The position numbers and the translations under genes are program-made. Of a stretch of DNA of 64,000 nucleotides, positions 28,154-37,722 are shown one piece after another. The stretch comes from an uncultured Dehalococcoidales bacterium (GTDB lineage Bacteria; Chloroflexota; Dehalococcoidia; GIF9; AB-539-J10), in the NCBI GenBank assembly GCA_964578745.1, contig CAZODZ010000001.1:17676-81675 (forward strand). Direction: 5' to 3'. The notes below the pieces were generated by a model. It was not told where the DNA came from. It saw only the letters and a program-made list of their open reading frames with translations, and did no database searches. Within the stretch, counting starts at the first letter, position 1. Every line of letters begins with the position of its first letter.

Positions 28154-29386
28154 CTAGCGCAGTAGCTGTGGTGCGAACAGAAGTAGCACTCCCAGCACAA
28201 GGAGTATGACTCCACCCACGGGCTTGCTGAATCTCGCATAGCGCTGGCCGAGCGATGTGTTGACTGCAAACGCAGCGGCACCGAAGATGATGAGGTCATC
28301 CAGCATGAAGAATGATACGTAGAGGAGAATGTAGAGATAGTATATGGCGGGGGGAAGAGCCGCGAGTGCCAGAACCTGTGTGAAAATGGCCGGCAATGCA
28401 GCAGAACACACGAATTCGATCGAGTTCACCACGAATGCGAGCGCGATGATAGCGAAAACCGTGGCAATGCTCAGCGGCGACGCTACGACGTCGTGAATGC
28501 GTGACATCGTGCTCTGGCGCGACTCGGCATCTACGACCTCACAGACGATCTGCCCACCAGACTTGATGTAGTCGTATAGATTGAAGATGCCGGCACCGAG
28601 TGCCACCGCACCAATGATGACAGTGACGGGTCTCGAGTATCCGATCAGCAGAAAGGCGTTGAGCCATGCGGTCATGAACAGGTAGTAGAGGATGCCTGAG
28701 GCAAGCACGAATGAGCCGACGAGCAGCCAGGCTTTTCGACGGTCCTGAAGCACAAACAGGATAGATATCAGGTAGGCCAGCACCCACATGGCGCAGGGGT
28801 TGAATCCGTCAACAAGACCAAGGATGACTGCAAGCACGGGCAGAGAGTAGTCGGAGATGTGAATCGTACCGAAAACAGGGACATCTATCTGCTCCGACAC
28901 GTTCTCCTCGGTCGTCTGCTCGGTACCTCCGCAGTCGCCCGCAAGACATTTCACAATTGCCTGCTCGATTGCAGTGCCGGTCTGCTCGTAGGAAACCCAG
29001 CCCACGAACGCCCGCTTGCCCACGATGGTCAGGGGAAAGTCAAGATCTTCCTCACTGATGTTGGTGCCCTCAATCAGCTTGAGGAGTACCTGGTACTGAG
29101 CGGGATCAGCGCCATCGTGGTAGACGAAGTACACATCCGGATACTTCGCCGCCATGTCCTCGTTGAACGGTTCCTGGTCCCGGCAGTGGGGACAGCCGGA
29201 GTGGTAGAAGAAGTGGACCTCGACTGTGCCCTCTGTCTCTGGGGGAGAGGTGGGCTCCGCGGTTCCATTGCCGAGCGGCGAACCGACGATAAGAACGACT
29301 ACTGCTAATGCTGCGAGCACAATGCTCACGTACCGTTTGAACGGTTCATTCCAGATGCCGCGTAGATAATTGATAAGAGCATTCAT
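28154..29386 (-). CDS. Thioredoxin-like domain fused to CcdA/DsbD-type transmembrane domain (cytochrome c biogenesis / thiol-disulfide transfer protein)
   Basis: Signal anchor, periplasmic CPHC thioredoxin motif, then 6-8 TM with paired Cys (FNPCAMW...) typical of CcdA/DsbD beta domain. Confidence 0.7.
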   Translation of the reverse strand: MNALINYLRGIWNEPFKRYVSIVLAALAVVVLIVGSPLGNGTAEPTSPPETEGTVEVHFFYHSGCPHCRDQEPFNEDMAAKYPDVYFVYHDGADPAQYQVLLKLIEGTNISEEDLDFPLTIVGKRAFVGWVSYEQTGTAIEQAIVKCLAGDCGGTEQTTEENVSEQIDVPVFGTIHISDYSLPVLAVILGLVDGFNPCAMWVLAYLISILFVLQDRRKAWLLVGSFVLASGILYYLFMTAWLNAFLLIGYSRPVTVIIGAVALGAGIFNLYDYIKSGGQIVCEVVDAESRQSTMSRIHDVVASPLSIATVFAIIALAFVVNSIEFVCSAALPAIFTQVLALAALPPAIYYLYILLYVSFFMLDDLIIFGAAAFAVNTSLGQRYARFSKPVGGVILLVLGVLLLFAPQLLR

Positions 29387-29790
29387 GAGTTACAGGAGGA
29401 TACGCACCCATGCTGTGGGCGAAGGGCGGGCACAGCATGGGTCTCCAACTACTGCTGCCATCCTGGTTCTACGTGCTTGTTGACAGCTGCCAACAAGACA
29501 AAAAGCTGCAGTTTGACACTGCTCTCAGTCGAGTCTAGTATATGCGAGACCGCGTTTACGAAGCCTACCAGAAGGGCGGTAGTTACGTCAAAACGCTGTC
29601 ACGGCATGCATAAGGAGGGCAGGAGGAACGCATCGTTTCTTGTCCGCTGGGCGCAAAAGGCCTCATCGGTATGGCTTTTCCATTCGTTGTAATATGCAGG
29701 CAGGGGACGGTTCGCCCTCCCTGGTGGCTGGCTTGCCTGTTGAGAATGAAGGGGTTGCAGTGCTGACCGTCCCGTATAGGGTACTCATCC

Positions 29791-31260
29791 ATGGATGATG
29801 TCTATTATGGTGTGCTGCGTGTGTGGCACCTTCTGACATCCAACAAGAAGGTGTTTGTTGCAGTTCTTGGGGTTGTGGTGGTCGTGGCTGCGGTCACAAC
29901 CGTGGTAGCTGCACCAACGCAGGAGACTGGTGAACTTGTTGCTGAACAAGTCTCGTCTCTTCCTGCCGTGCCTGACGCCGATGCGCAGATGGTCAACGGC
30001 TACGAAAAGCTGACTGTTGGTGATGTGTCCAGTCCTGGAGTATTGCCGTCGTCTCCTTTCTATCCTCTCAAAGTTGTCGCTCGTGAACTGACGCTCGCGT
30101 TTACGTTTGATCCGGTCAGCAAGGCTGAGCGCTATCTGCGCTATGCCAATGAGGACCTTCTTGCGGTGCATGAGATGTATGACACCAACGAGGTTCTGGC
30201 TGCCAGACAGTGCGTTTCTTACGAAGACAACTTTTGGAACAGCATACTGTGGGTGGCAAAGGCTGGACGCGAAGGGCATGATGTTGGCGGGGCTCTTGCC
30301 AGTCTACGCATGTCTCACGACAGTCATAGACTGGTGTTGGCGGATGTGCTTACTGTTGTCGATGACGTGAATGGCGTGGCGGTGGTGATGGGTGCTGGTG
30401 GGGGTGGTCTGCGGGATGCGGTTATTGAAGCTGCCGCCGCGACGAGCGCTGAGCTGGAATTCGCCATTCTGGTGCTTCAGGGCGAACAGGAGGCGAACAG
30501 GTTTCATGCACAACTGCAGAGCGACTTTTCTGTGGCCAACAGGGTCGTCTGGCTCGAGGTCGAAAACCGACTGGGTTTGCCTGCGGAGCAGGCAATTGCC
30601 TTGAGTGCGGCCATCGGTGATGAAGGGACCGGCGCGATTGCAGGTATGCCGATTATCACGAGCATGCATGTGGACAACTTCCGTGTTGAACCGGGGCAGT
30701 CCTGCACCATCACATGTAATGCAACTGACTTCGAAAATGATCCACTCACGTATCAGTGGCTTGCGACAAAAGGTGAGGTGCAGGGTGAGGGGCCTGTCGT
30801 TACGTGGACCGCTCCAGACGACGTGGGTGAATATCGCATCAGTGTCGTTGTCTCAGATGCCGCAGGCAATCAGTCCAGTAAGGCAGTAACTGTGGTTGTT
30901 GGTGACCCTCAGGAACAGTCGGAGGGTGGCAGCGGTGGGCCATTCTCCATTGAGGAGATGGAAGTCGTTCCCATGGGGCACAACCTTCTCAAGCCTCCCA
31001 CCTTCGGCACCACGCAGTGGACCATATTCAAAGGTCGGGAGGTTGAAATCACCTGCGTCATTGATGGTGACGCCAGCGGCCTTGAGTATGAATGGACGTG
31101 TGATGTTGGCAGTCTCCATGGTGATGGTAGCACGGTGGTATGGGAGGCCCCCGATCATGCCTGTTATGCGCAGGTGGCGGTGGTGGTGAGTGGTGGCAAT
31201 GGTGACAGTGAAGAAGAGACACTGACGTTCCGTGTCAGTACATGTGGCACGTGTTTCTAG
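29791..31260 (+). CDS. Secreted/membrane-anchored protein: N-terminal TM, alpha-helical domain (DUF5667-like PFYPLK motif), two C-terminal Cys-containing PKD/Ig-like repeats
   Basis: TM VFVAVLGVVVVVAAV; SPFYPLKVVARELTLAFT; repeats CTITCNATDFENDPLTYQWLA...WTAPDDVGEYRISVVVSDAAG and ITCVIDGDASGLEYEWTC...WEAPDHACYAQVAVVVSGGNG. Confidence 0.6.
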   Translation: MDDVYYGVLRVWHLLTSNKKVFVAVLGVVVVVAAVTTVVAAPTQETGELVAEQVSSLPAVPDADAQMVNGYEKLTVGDVSSPGVLPSSPFYPLKVVARELTLAFTFDPVSKAERYLRYANEDLLAVHEMYDTNEVLAARQCVSYEDNFWNSILWVAKAGREGHDVGGALASLRMSHDSHRLVLADVLTVVDDVNGVAVVMGAGGGGLRDAVIEAAAATSAELEFAILVLQGEQEANRFHAQLQSDFSVANRVVWLEVENRLGLPAEQAIALSAAIGDEGTGAIAGMPIITSMHVDNFRVEPGQSCTITCNATDFENDPLTYQWLATKGEVQGEGPVVTWTAPDDVGEYRISVVVSDAAGNQSSKAVTVVVGDPQEQSEGGSGGPFSIEEMEVVPMGHNLLKPPTFGTTQWTIFKGREVEITCVIDGDASGLEYEWTCDVGSLHGDGSTVVWEAPDHACYAQVAVVVSGGNGDSEEETLTFRVSTCGTCF

Positions 31261-31294
31261 TACCGGCAGGTACCATATTTCTGCATCGACGACG

Positions 31295-32344
31295 ATGACT
31301 TTGCTCACCGGTCAGCGTGAGCAACTAGTAGGGAGTCCTGTGCTGCGTTCTGTATCTGTGTGGGTAACTATCGCTGCTGTTCTGTCACCTGTTGTTGTGG
31401 TGACGGGATGTACGGCTGTCGCGGCATCGCATCCTCCAGAAATCGTCAGTCTCACCGCGAAGCAGGATCTTGTCGCGCCGAAGGACAGCTGTCTCATCGA
31501 GTGTATTGCGAAAGACGAGGATGGCGATGAACTGACGTACACCTGGACGGCTGGCAGCGGTACCGTCAACGGCTATGCTGGTACGGTAGCGTGGACGGCG
31601 CCTGAAAACGAGGGTCTCTACAAGATATCAGTCGAAGTCAGCGATGGCTCTGGACTGCCTCCAGCCTCGGCGACTGTCACGATACGTGTCAAGAACAACC
31701 ACTATCCGGTCATTGACGGAATTGGTGCGGATGCTGACTGGGTACGGCCCGGTGAGTCGTGTGTTATCAGGTGTGTGGCGGACGATGTGGACGGTGATCC
31801 CCTCCAGTATAGATGGGAGGCGGATTGTGGGTCGATAGAGTCGTCGACCTCGACGGCAACGTGGACGGCGCCGGAGTTCGAGGGTACGTGCACCATACGC
31901 GTCTATGTGAGTGATGGCTATGGTGGAGAGAGACATGCCTCGACACAGGTTCGGGTGGCCAAGAATGAGCCCCTGGTTGTGACCGACATGGTTGTTACTG
32001 CGTTGGGTGACCCGAGATTTCTGCGAAACTATGACGAGAGATTCAAGATCTACAAAGGCGAAACGTGCACCATATGCTGCGTGGTCAATGAACCTGAGCG
32101 CATTACTTCCTACGAGTGGACTGATGATGGAGCCGCGGTAACAGTCTTTCCAACCGGGTCTGAGCGGTTTGTCTTTGAAGCGCCCAACGTGATCAGGTGG
32201 ACAGCTCCTCAGGAACGAGGCGAGTATGTCATCACTGTAGTGGCCAGAGACGATGACGGACACTTTGCTGAGAAGAGCGTAACGTTGAAGGTTGAGACGT
32301 GCACGTGTGCTTTCCCATCTGAGGAGCGGCACGCTGAGGAATAG
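31295..32344 (+). CDS. Lipoprotein with three divergent Cys-containing PKD/Ig-like repeats
   Basis: ATG MTLLTG... with lipobox VVTGC; repeats CLIECIAKDEDGDELTYTWTA...WTAPENEGLYKISVEVSDGSG; CVIRCVADDVDGDPLQYRWEA...WTAPEFEGTCTIRVYVSDGYG; CTICCVVNEPERITSYEWTD...WTAPQERGEYVITVVARDDDG; Cys-rich tail ETCTCAF. Confidence 0.6.
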   Translation: MTLLTGQREQLVGSPVLRSVSVWVTIAAVLSPVVVVTGCTAVAASHPPEIVSLTAKQDLVAPKDSCLIECIAKDEDGDELTYTWTAGSGTVNGYAGTVAWTAPENEGLYKISVEVSDGSGLPPASATVTIRVKNNHYPVIDGIGADADWVRPGESCVIRCVADDVDGDPLQYRWEADCGSIESSTSTATWTAPEFEGTCTIRVYVSDGYGGERHASTQVRVAKNEPLVVTDMVVTALGDPRFLRNYDERFKIYKGETCTICCVVNEPERITSYEWTDDGAAVTVFPTGSERFVFEAPNVIRWTAPQERGEYVITVVARDDDGHFAEKSVTLKVETCTCAFPSEERHAEE

Positions 32345-32440
32345 GCTCGGAACGATCACGCATCGGCATAGCCCGTCTGCGACTGCCAGAAGAAAGAGCG
32401 GCGACCACTGGTCGCCGCTCTGTTTGTACGCACGTTGGGT

Positions 32441-34132
32441 CTAGCTCGTCCTGCAGGATATCGCATACGGCCATGCGATGATGCTTCCGTCCAGGAAACA
32501 TACGTTGGTGAAACCCGCACCTTCCAGGATGCGCTGTGCCTGGTAGGCACGGATGCTCGTGCGACACATCGTCACGATCTCGGTATGGCGTGGCAGCGTC
32601 TGGACTTCTTCCCGTAGCCTGTTCAGGGGGAGGAGTCTGCACTGCGAGGCCTCAATGTGTGCATCTTCCCATTCGGGGCTTGAGCGGACGTCAAGTAGTA
32701 CGAAATCCTCTCCTGCACGTATCCACTCGTTGACCTCGGCGGGGCTGATGCCCTTGGCCAGTCCGGAAAGCTTATTCCGGATCACGTTAGCAGCGTTGTG
32801 CAGCACGTCCATCGCGCCGTTATACGGCGGTGAGTACGCAAGGTCCAGGTTGGCCAGATCATCCACCGTGCCACCCATTGACATAAGTGCGACTAGAACG
32901 TCGATGCGTTTGGCTACCTCGCCACGCCCGACTGCCTGCGCCCCGAGTACTTTTCTTGTCTTCCTGTCTGCCAGCAGTTTCACGGTTATCATCTGGGCGC
33001 CGGGATAGTAACTCGCATGGTCAAAACCAGGGGCGAGCGCGGTCACGAGTTCGTAGTTGGTGGCTAGCGGGTCGCATTCGCACAGGCCTACGCGCGAAAC
33101 GTTGAGGTCGAAGACCTTCACAATCGTGGTGCCCAGCACTCCAGGGAACGTATCGGCGCCGCCGGTGACGTTTGTACCGATGATGCGGCCATGCTTGTTG
33201 GCAGTGGAGCCCATGGGAGCCAGTACCCTGGCGCCGGAAACACGGTGCATGTTCTCGACGCAGTCCCCGCCTGCGTATATGTCGGGATCGCTTGTCTGCA
33301 TGTACTCGTTGACCGAGATGCCACCCGTTGGACCGATTTCAAGGCCAGCCTGACGCGCGAGTTCGACGTTGGGCCGCGCGCCGAGTGCCAGTACGACCAG
33401 GTCAGCTTTCAGCTTGCTTTTCTCAGTCACTGCCTTGCGCACGTGTCCTGAGGAATCACCTTCAAGAGAGACAATACGTTGCCCCAGCCTGAGGTCTATT
33501 CCTTTCTCGACCAGTTCCTGCTCGACATGGCTGGCCATCTCGCTGTCAAGCAGCGCCGGAAGTACGCGGTCGAGAGCCTCGACAACGCTAACCTGAAGAC
33601 CTCGTGCTTGCAATGCTTCGGCCGTCTCTATGCCGATGAGGCCTGCGCCGACTACCACTGCGTGGCTCGGGGTGGATGAAGCTATCTCTTCAAGTATGGC
33701 ATTCGCATCTGCGATTTTTGTAAGCGTGAATACTCCTTTGAGATCGCGGCCCTTCAGCCCCGATGGCACGAAAGGATTTGCTCCTGTCGCGATTACGAGC
33801 TTGTCGTATGGCACTCTTGATGTCGTACCCCGCTTGAGGTCCTGCAGCTCCAACTCGTGTGCCGCCCGGTCGATGGACGCTGCCCGTGTCCCGAGCTGGA
33901 CTTCGATGTCCATCACTTCTTTGAAGTACTGGGGTCCGCGAATGAGAAGCGCGCTATCCTTCTTGATTGCGCCACCGACGTAGTAGGGGAGGCCACATGA
34001 TCCCTCAGAGACAGTCTCTCCCTGTTCAATCACGACTATCTTGGCGTGGGGGTCGCAGCGGCGGGCTCGGGCCGCCGCCTTCGGGCCACATGCCATTCCG
34101 CCAACGACGACTATCCGATTCTGCCTTTCCAT
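32441..34132 (-). CDS. CoA-disulfide reductase / NADH-oxidase-family flavoprotein with C-terminal rhodanese domain (CoADR-RHD)
   Basis: FAD motif VVVGGMACG, single redox Cys SCGLPYY, NAD motif VVVGAGLIGIE; C-terminal ~100 aa rhodanese with catalytic Cys (VTMCRTSIRA). Confidence 0.8.
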   Translation of the reverse strand: MERQNRIVVVGGMACGPKAAARARRCDPHAKIVVIEQGETVSEGSCGLPYYVGGAIKKDSALLIRGPQYFKEVMDIEVQLGTRAASIDRAAHELELQDLKRGTTSRVPYDKLVIATGANPFVPSGLKGRDLKGVFTLTKIADANAILEEIASSTPSHAVVVGAGLIGIETAEALQARGLQVSVVEALDRVLPALLDSEMASHVEQELVEKGIDLRLGQRIVSLEGDSSGHVRKAVTEKSKLKADLVVLALGARPNVELARQAGLEIGPTGGISVNEYMQTSDPDIYAGGDCVENMHRVSGARVLAPMGSTANKHGRIIGTNVTGGADTFPGVLGTTIVKVFDLNVSRVGLCECDPLATNYELVTALAPGFDHASYYPGAQMITVKLLADRKTRKVLGAQAVGRGEVAKRIDVLVALMSMGGTVDDLANLDLAYSPPYNGAMDVLHNAANVIRNKLSGLAKGISPAEVNEWIRAGEDFVLLDVRSSPEWEDAHIEASQCRLLPLNRLREEVQTLPRHTEIVTMCRTSIRAYQAQRILEGAGFTNVCFLDGSIIAWPYAISCRTS

Positions 34133-34135
34133 AGT

Positions 34136-34357
34136 CTAGACTGTGACAACCTCCTTGACTTCTGGTATCCGCTGCTTGAGCACTTTCTCAACGCCAAAGC
34201 GGAGTGTCATCGTGGCCATGGGGCAGGAGCCACACGCGCCCGTGAGGCGTACCTTTACAGTGCCGTCCTCGACGTCGATAAGCTCTACGTCCCCGCCGTC
34301 GGCCTGCAGTACCGGCCGGATTTCACTGAGAGCAGCTTCAACCTTGTCACGTATCAT
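34136..34357 (-). CDS. NifU-like (Nfu-type) Fe-S cluster scaffold domain protein
   Basis: VRLTGACGSCPMATMTLRFGVE CxxC motif of the NifU C-terminal domain; internal ATG MIRDKVEAAL. Confidence 0.6.
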   Translation of the reverse strand: MIRDKVEAALSEIRPVLQADGGDVELIDVEDGTVKVRLTGACGSCPMATMTLRFGVEKVLKQRIPEVKEVVTV

Positions 34358-34570
34358 TTGTTGGGTGTCCTCCTGAATCAATTGTCCGCCATGGAAGCTG
34401 TAACAAGACAGCTCACGGGGATGGACGCTTCGGTGGGGTCTCAACGGTGATGTCAACCGGTGGTTCCGAATAGTTATCGATTGGGGAATTGTCGCAAGCC
34501 AGAGCCCCCTTGTCAACGGTTCAGACAGACGGCTTGGTCTTCTGCTGTGACTGGCTGTACCATACCTGTG

Positions 34571-35077
34571 ATGGACGATACCGGGGCGGTTGCTACACTT
34601 GTGCTGGGCGTCGGCAATGTCTTGAAGGGTGATGATGGCGTCGGGGCCTATGTAGTTGCGTGCCTTCTTGAGGCGATAAGCGGGAAGGAATCATCCCGTC
34701 GCATATACGCTCTTGACTGCGGTACAGTCCCTGAGAACTATACGTCCGTGGTGCGAAGGTTGGGGCCTGGCCGCGTCGTCATTGTGGATGCCGCTGACAT
34801 GGCGCTTGACGCCGGGAGTGTCCGCATTGTCCCCAAGGGACGCGTAGGAGCACTCGGTCTTTCCACTCACAGTATGCCGTTATCACTCTTCATGGACTAT
34901 ATTGAAGGGCTTGTACCTGAAGTCGTGCTCGTAGGTATACAGCCGCAGAGCATGCGACTCGCTGGACAAATGTCCGAACAGGTGCGGGCAGCTGGCGAGC
35001 AGCTGGCGGCACTTATTTATGAGGACAGGCTGTGTGAAGTGCCGCAACTGTCGGCGGGCTTACTCCGTGACAACTAG
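34571..35077 (+). CDS. Hydrogenase maturation endopeptidase (HyaD/HybD/HycI family)
   Basis: LVLGVGNVLKGDDGVG...VVIVDAADM motifs; ATG MDDTGAV 37 codons inside the track ORF. Confidence 0.7.
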   Translation: MDDTGAVATLVLGVGNVLKGDDGVGAYVVACLLEAISGKESSRRIYALDCGTVPENYTSVVRRLGPGRVVIVDAADMALDAGSVRIVPKGRVGALGLSTHSMPLSLFMDYIEGLVPEVVLVGIQPQSMRLAGQMSEQVRAAGEQLAALIYEDRLCEVPQLSAGLLRDN

Positions 35078-35458
35078 GTTGGGTGAGTGCTTGTCACTGT
35101 CTGCCAACAGGAACTCGTCAGACATTGCAATGGCATCGACGGGACACACATCTGCACACTGCGCACAGAAGCAGCAACGGGTGATGAAGAACTTGACCTT
35201 CTTCTCTTCAGGAATGAACTCAATCGCTTTCCCAGGACAGACCCTTATGCACAGCTGGCAGCCTATGCACTTCTCCCGGTCATATGCAATCTTGCCTCGG
35301 AAGCCTGGTGGTATCGGCACAGGGGGATTGGCTGTCACACGCCTGTGTTGTATCGCCTCCAGGAAAGCTGTTGCCGATTTGGGTGCGTGAGTCGCGGGAA
35401 AGCAGTTGGTTGCCGGTCGTCTGAGCAACTGCCGCATCAGTATCTTGAGTATCGTCAT
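35060..35458 (-). CDS. mbhN: Mbh-type hydrogenase 2x[4Fe-4S] ferredoxin subunit (NuoI-like)
   Basis: CIGCQLCIRVCP and CCFCAQCADVCP cluster motifs. Confidence 0.75.
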   Translation of the reverse strand: MTILKILMRQLLRRPATNCFPATHAPKSATAFLEAIQHRRVTANPPVPIPPGFRGKIAYDREKCIGCQLCIRVCPGKAIEFIPEEKKVKFFITRCCFCAQCADVCPVDAIAMSDEFLLADSDKHSPNLVVTE

Positions 35459-35471
35459 TGTTCAGTCACGC

Positions 35472-36428
35472 TCATATCACGAAGTCAATCCACAGGAGTA
35501 GCAGCCCGATCAGGCTCATGAATGTCATACCCGCGACGTAGAACGTGCTTGCCTGCGTTACCTTGAACCGGGCCATAGCGGATCGAACGACCGCCACAGC
35601 GATGAACATGACGGCAAACACCTTCAGGAGGAAGAAGGCTCCATCCACGACGCTGCTCCAGGCGCTGCCTGTGATTCCTAGTGCGGCTGCGATGCCGTAC
35701 GGGAAAAAGAGTGCCACCACTAGTGAGAGGACAGCGAACCCGCGGATCGCATTGCCTACGTAGTACAGGGCGAGATTACGGCCGGAGTACTCCACTAGTA
35801 GGCCGCCAGCCAGCTCCGTTTCTGCCTCGGCGATGTCGAACGGGATGCGACCCAGCTCGCCAGGTGTCACCGCAATGAGCGTCAGCAACAGAAGAAGGGC
35901 GCCGACGAATCCGACGGGTCCCACGAGATCCCATACTGGGTACTGTGACAGCGTAGAGAACGCGAATGCATGTCCATCTGCAGCCTGAAGCGCTCGCCAC
36001 GCGAGACCGACAGCTGTCACCGACAGCGGGAACTCGTAGCTCATCATGATGACCATCTCGCGCTGGGCGCCGACTGTCGCGTAGGGTGAACTAGAGGCAA
36101 AGCCCCCGACTACGAGAGCCAGGGAGGGGATCATCAACAGGTACAGAACGAGAATGAGGTCCCCTGAACCTGCGAAGAGCGCCGGCTTGCCGAAGAGCGG
36201 TATGTACAGGAGGAGGGCGGCTGACCCCATTACGCAGAGAACCGGCGACACATGGAAGAGCCATTTCCATGCTCCATCGGGGACGATGTTCTCCTTCATC
36301 AGTAGCTTGCTGACGTCCCGATATGGCTGAACAACTGGGGGGCCGACCCTGCTCTGCATGCGGGCGACAATCTGTCTGTCGAGGCCGAGATAGAACAGTC
36401 CCACGAGCGAACCAGCTATAGCCAGCAC
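35472..36428 (-). CDS. mbhM: Mbh-type hydrogenase membrane subunit (NuoH/HycD-like)
   Basis: 8 TM, RVGPPVVQPYRD-like NuoH motif. Confidence 0.8.
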   Translation of the reverse strand: MLAIAGSLVGLFYLGLDRQIVARMQSRVGPPVVQPYRDVSKLLMKENIVPDGAWKWLFHVSPVLCVMGSAALLLYIPLFGKPALFAGSGDLILVLYLLMIPSLALVVGGFASSSPYATVGAQREMVIMMSYEFPLSVTAVGLAWRALQAADGHAFAFSTLSQYPVWDLVGPVGFVGALLLLLTLIAVTPGELGRIPFDIAEAETELAGGLLVEYSGRNLALYYVGNAIRGFAVLSLVVALFFPYGIAAALGITGSAWSSVVDGAFFLLKVFAVMFIAVAVVRSAMARFKVTQASTFYVAGMTFMSLIGLLLLWIDFVI

Positions 36429-36465
36429 GACAGGTCCGACCAGCAGGGTAATCAGTCCAGGTGGA

Positions 36466-37722
36466 TTACTTCCCAGAAAGCTCAGCTTGCAGCCTCCTTG
36501 TCTTCTCCAGCGAGAGTTGGTGCAGCCTTTCGCCGTCGAGCACGCGGCATGTTCCTGAGGCGTTGTCCATCACAACAGCACGATTGGCGCACGACATGCA
36601 CGGGTCAATAGACGCAAACGCTATCGGCACGTCTGCAATCTGTCCGCCCTTGAGTATCGTCTCGACGGCCTGCAGGTTCGCGTATGTGGGCGCTCGGACC
36701 TTCCACGCCTCGAGAGGTTCCTCTCCACTCTTCAGGCGGACGTAGTGTAGGTTTTCGCCGCGAGGTGCCTCGACCCGTGCTACGGACTCTCCCTCTGCTT
36801 TCTTCAGCAGAGCGAGCAGCTTGGCTATCTTTGGTTCGGTGAGAATGGGCCCCGCAGGCATCGAACTGACGGCTGCCTCAATAATCTCAATCGATTGCTT
36901 GATTTCAAGCAAACGCACGACTATCCGGTCGTAGACGTCCCCGACTACCTCGCCGGTCAGCACGTCCGGAGTTATTGCATCGACCCCGATATCTGCGTAT
37001 GCCCCGTATGGGTGGTCCTGGCGCACATCTAATGGCACACCGCTCGCTCGTGCTGTGGGACCGGCGACGCAGAGGCGCAGCGCATCCTCCTTGCTGAGAA
37101 TGCCGACTCCTCGTGTTCTCATCTTTATCGTCCGGTCCTCAAGGAAGATTTTTTTCAGCTCGTCGAAAGCTACCTTGTAGAACGCCATAGCCTCACGAAT
37201 GGCGGCGAATTGCTCCTCTGCGAAGTCGCGCCGCACTCCGCCAATCATGTACATCGCTTTGGAGTTGCGGTTACCCGTGAGCATTTCCGTGAGGTCCATT
37301 ATCTTCTCTCGCACGTTCCAGACATAGTAGAAGACTGACTCAAAGCCTATCTCATGACCGGCAACTCCTGCCCAGAGCAGGTGTGAATGTATGCGCTCGA
37401 TCTCGGCCACAATGGTGCGGATGTAGTCAGCACGTGGCGGTACGTCAATCCCTGTAGCCTGTTCCACCGCAAGAACATACGCAAAGGGGTGGCACGCCGA
37501 GCAGATGCCGCATATGCGTTCGGCCAGGTATATGGTCTGTACGGGGTTATTGCGGTTCATCCCTATCCATTCGATGCCGCGGTGCACGTGACCGAGATCG
37601 ACATCGACGGCCGTGACCTCTTCCCCGTCGATCGTAAGGTCGAGACGTATCGGTTCATGTACTGCTGGGTGAATTGGCCCTATCGGCAGCGAATAGCTCG
37701 TCTTGTGGACTGTGTCACTCAT
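36466..37722 (-). CDS. mbhL: Group-4 [NiFe] hydrogenase large (catalytic) subunit (NuoD-like)
   Basis: N-terminal RICGICSACH (L1) and C-terminal DPCMSCANR (L2) Ni-Fe ligand motifs; ATG MSDTVHKT. Confidence 0.85.
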   Translation of the reverse strand: MSDTVHKTSYSLPIGPIHPAVHEPIRLDLTIDGEEVTAVDVDLGHVHRGIEWIGMNRNNPVQTIYLAERICGICSACHPFAYVLAVEQATGIDVPPRADYIRTIVAEIERIHSHLLWAGVAGHEIGFESVFYYVWNVREKIMDLTEMLTGNRNSKAMYMIGGVRRDFAEEQFAAIREAMAFYKVAFDELKKIFLEDRTIKMRTRGVGILSKEDALRLCVAGPTARASGVPLDVRQDHPYGAYADIGVDAITPDVLTGEVVGDVYDRIVVRLLEIKQSIEIIEAAVSSMPAGPILTEPKIAKLLALLKKAEGESVARVEAPRGENLHYVRLKSGEEPLEAWKVRAPTYANLQAVETILKGGQIADVPIAFASIDPCMSCANRAVVMDNASGTCRVLDGERLHQLSLEKTRRLQAELSGK

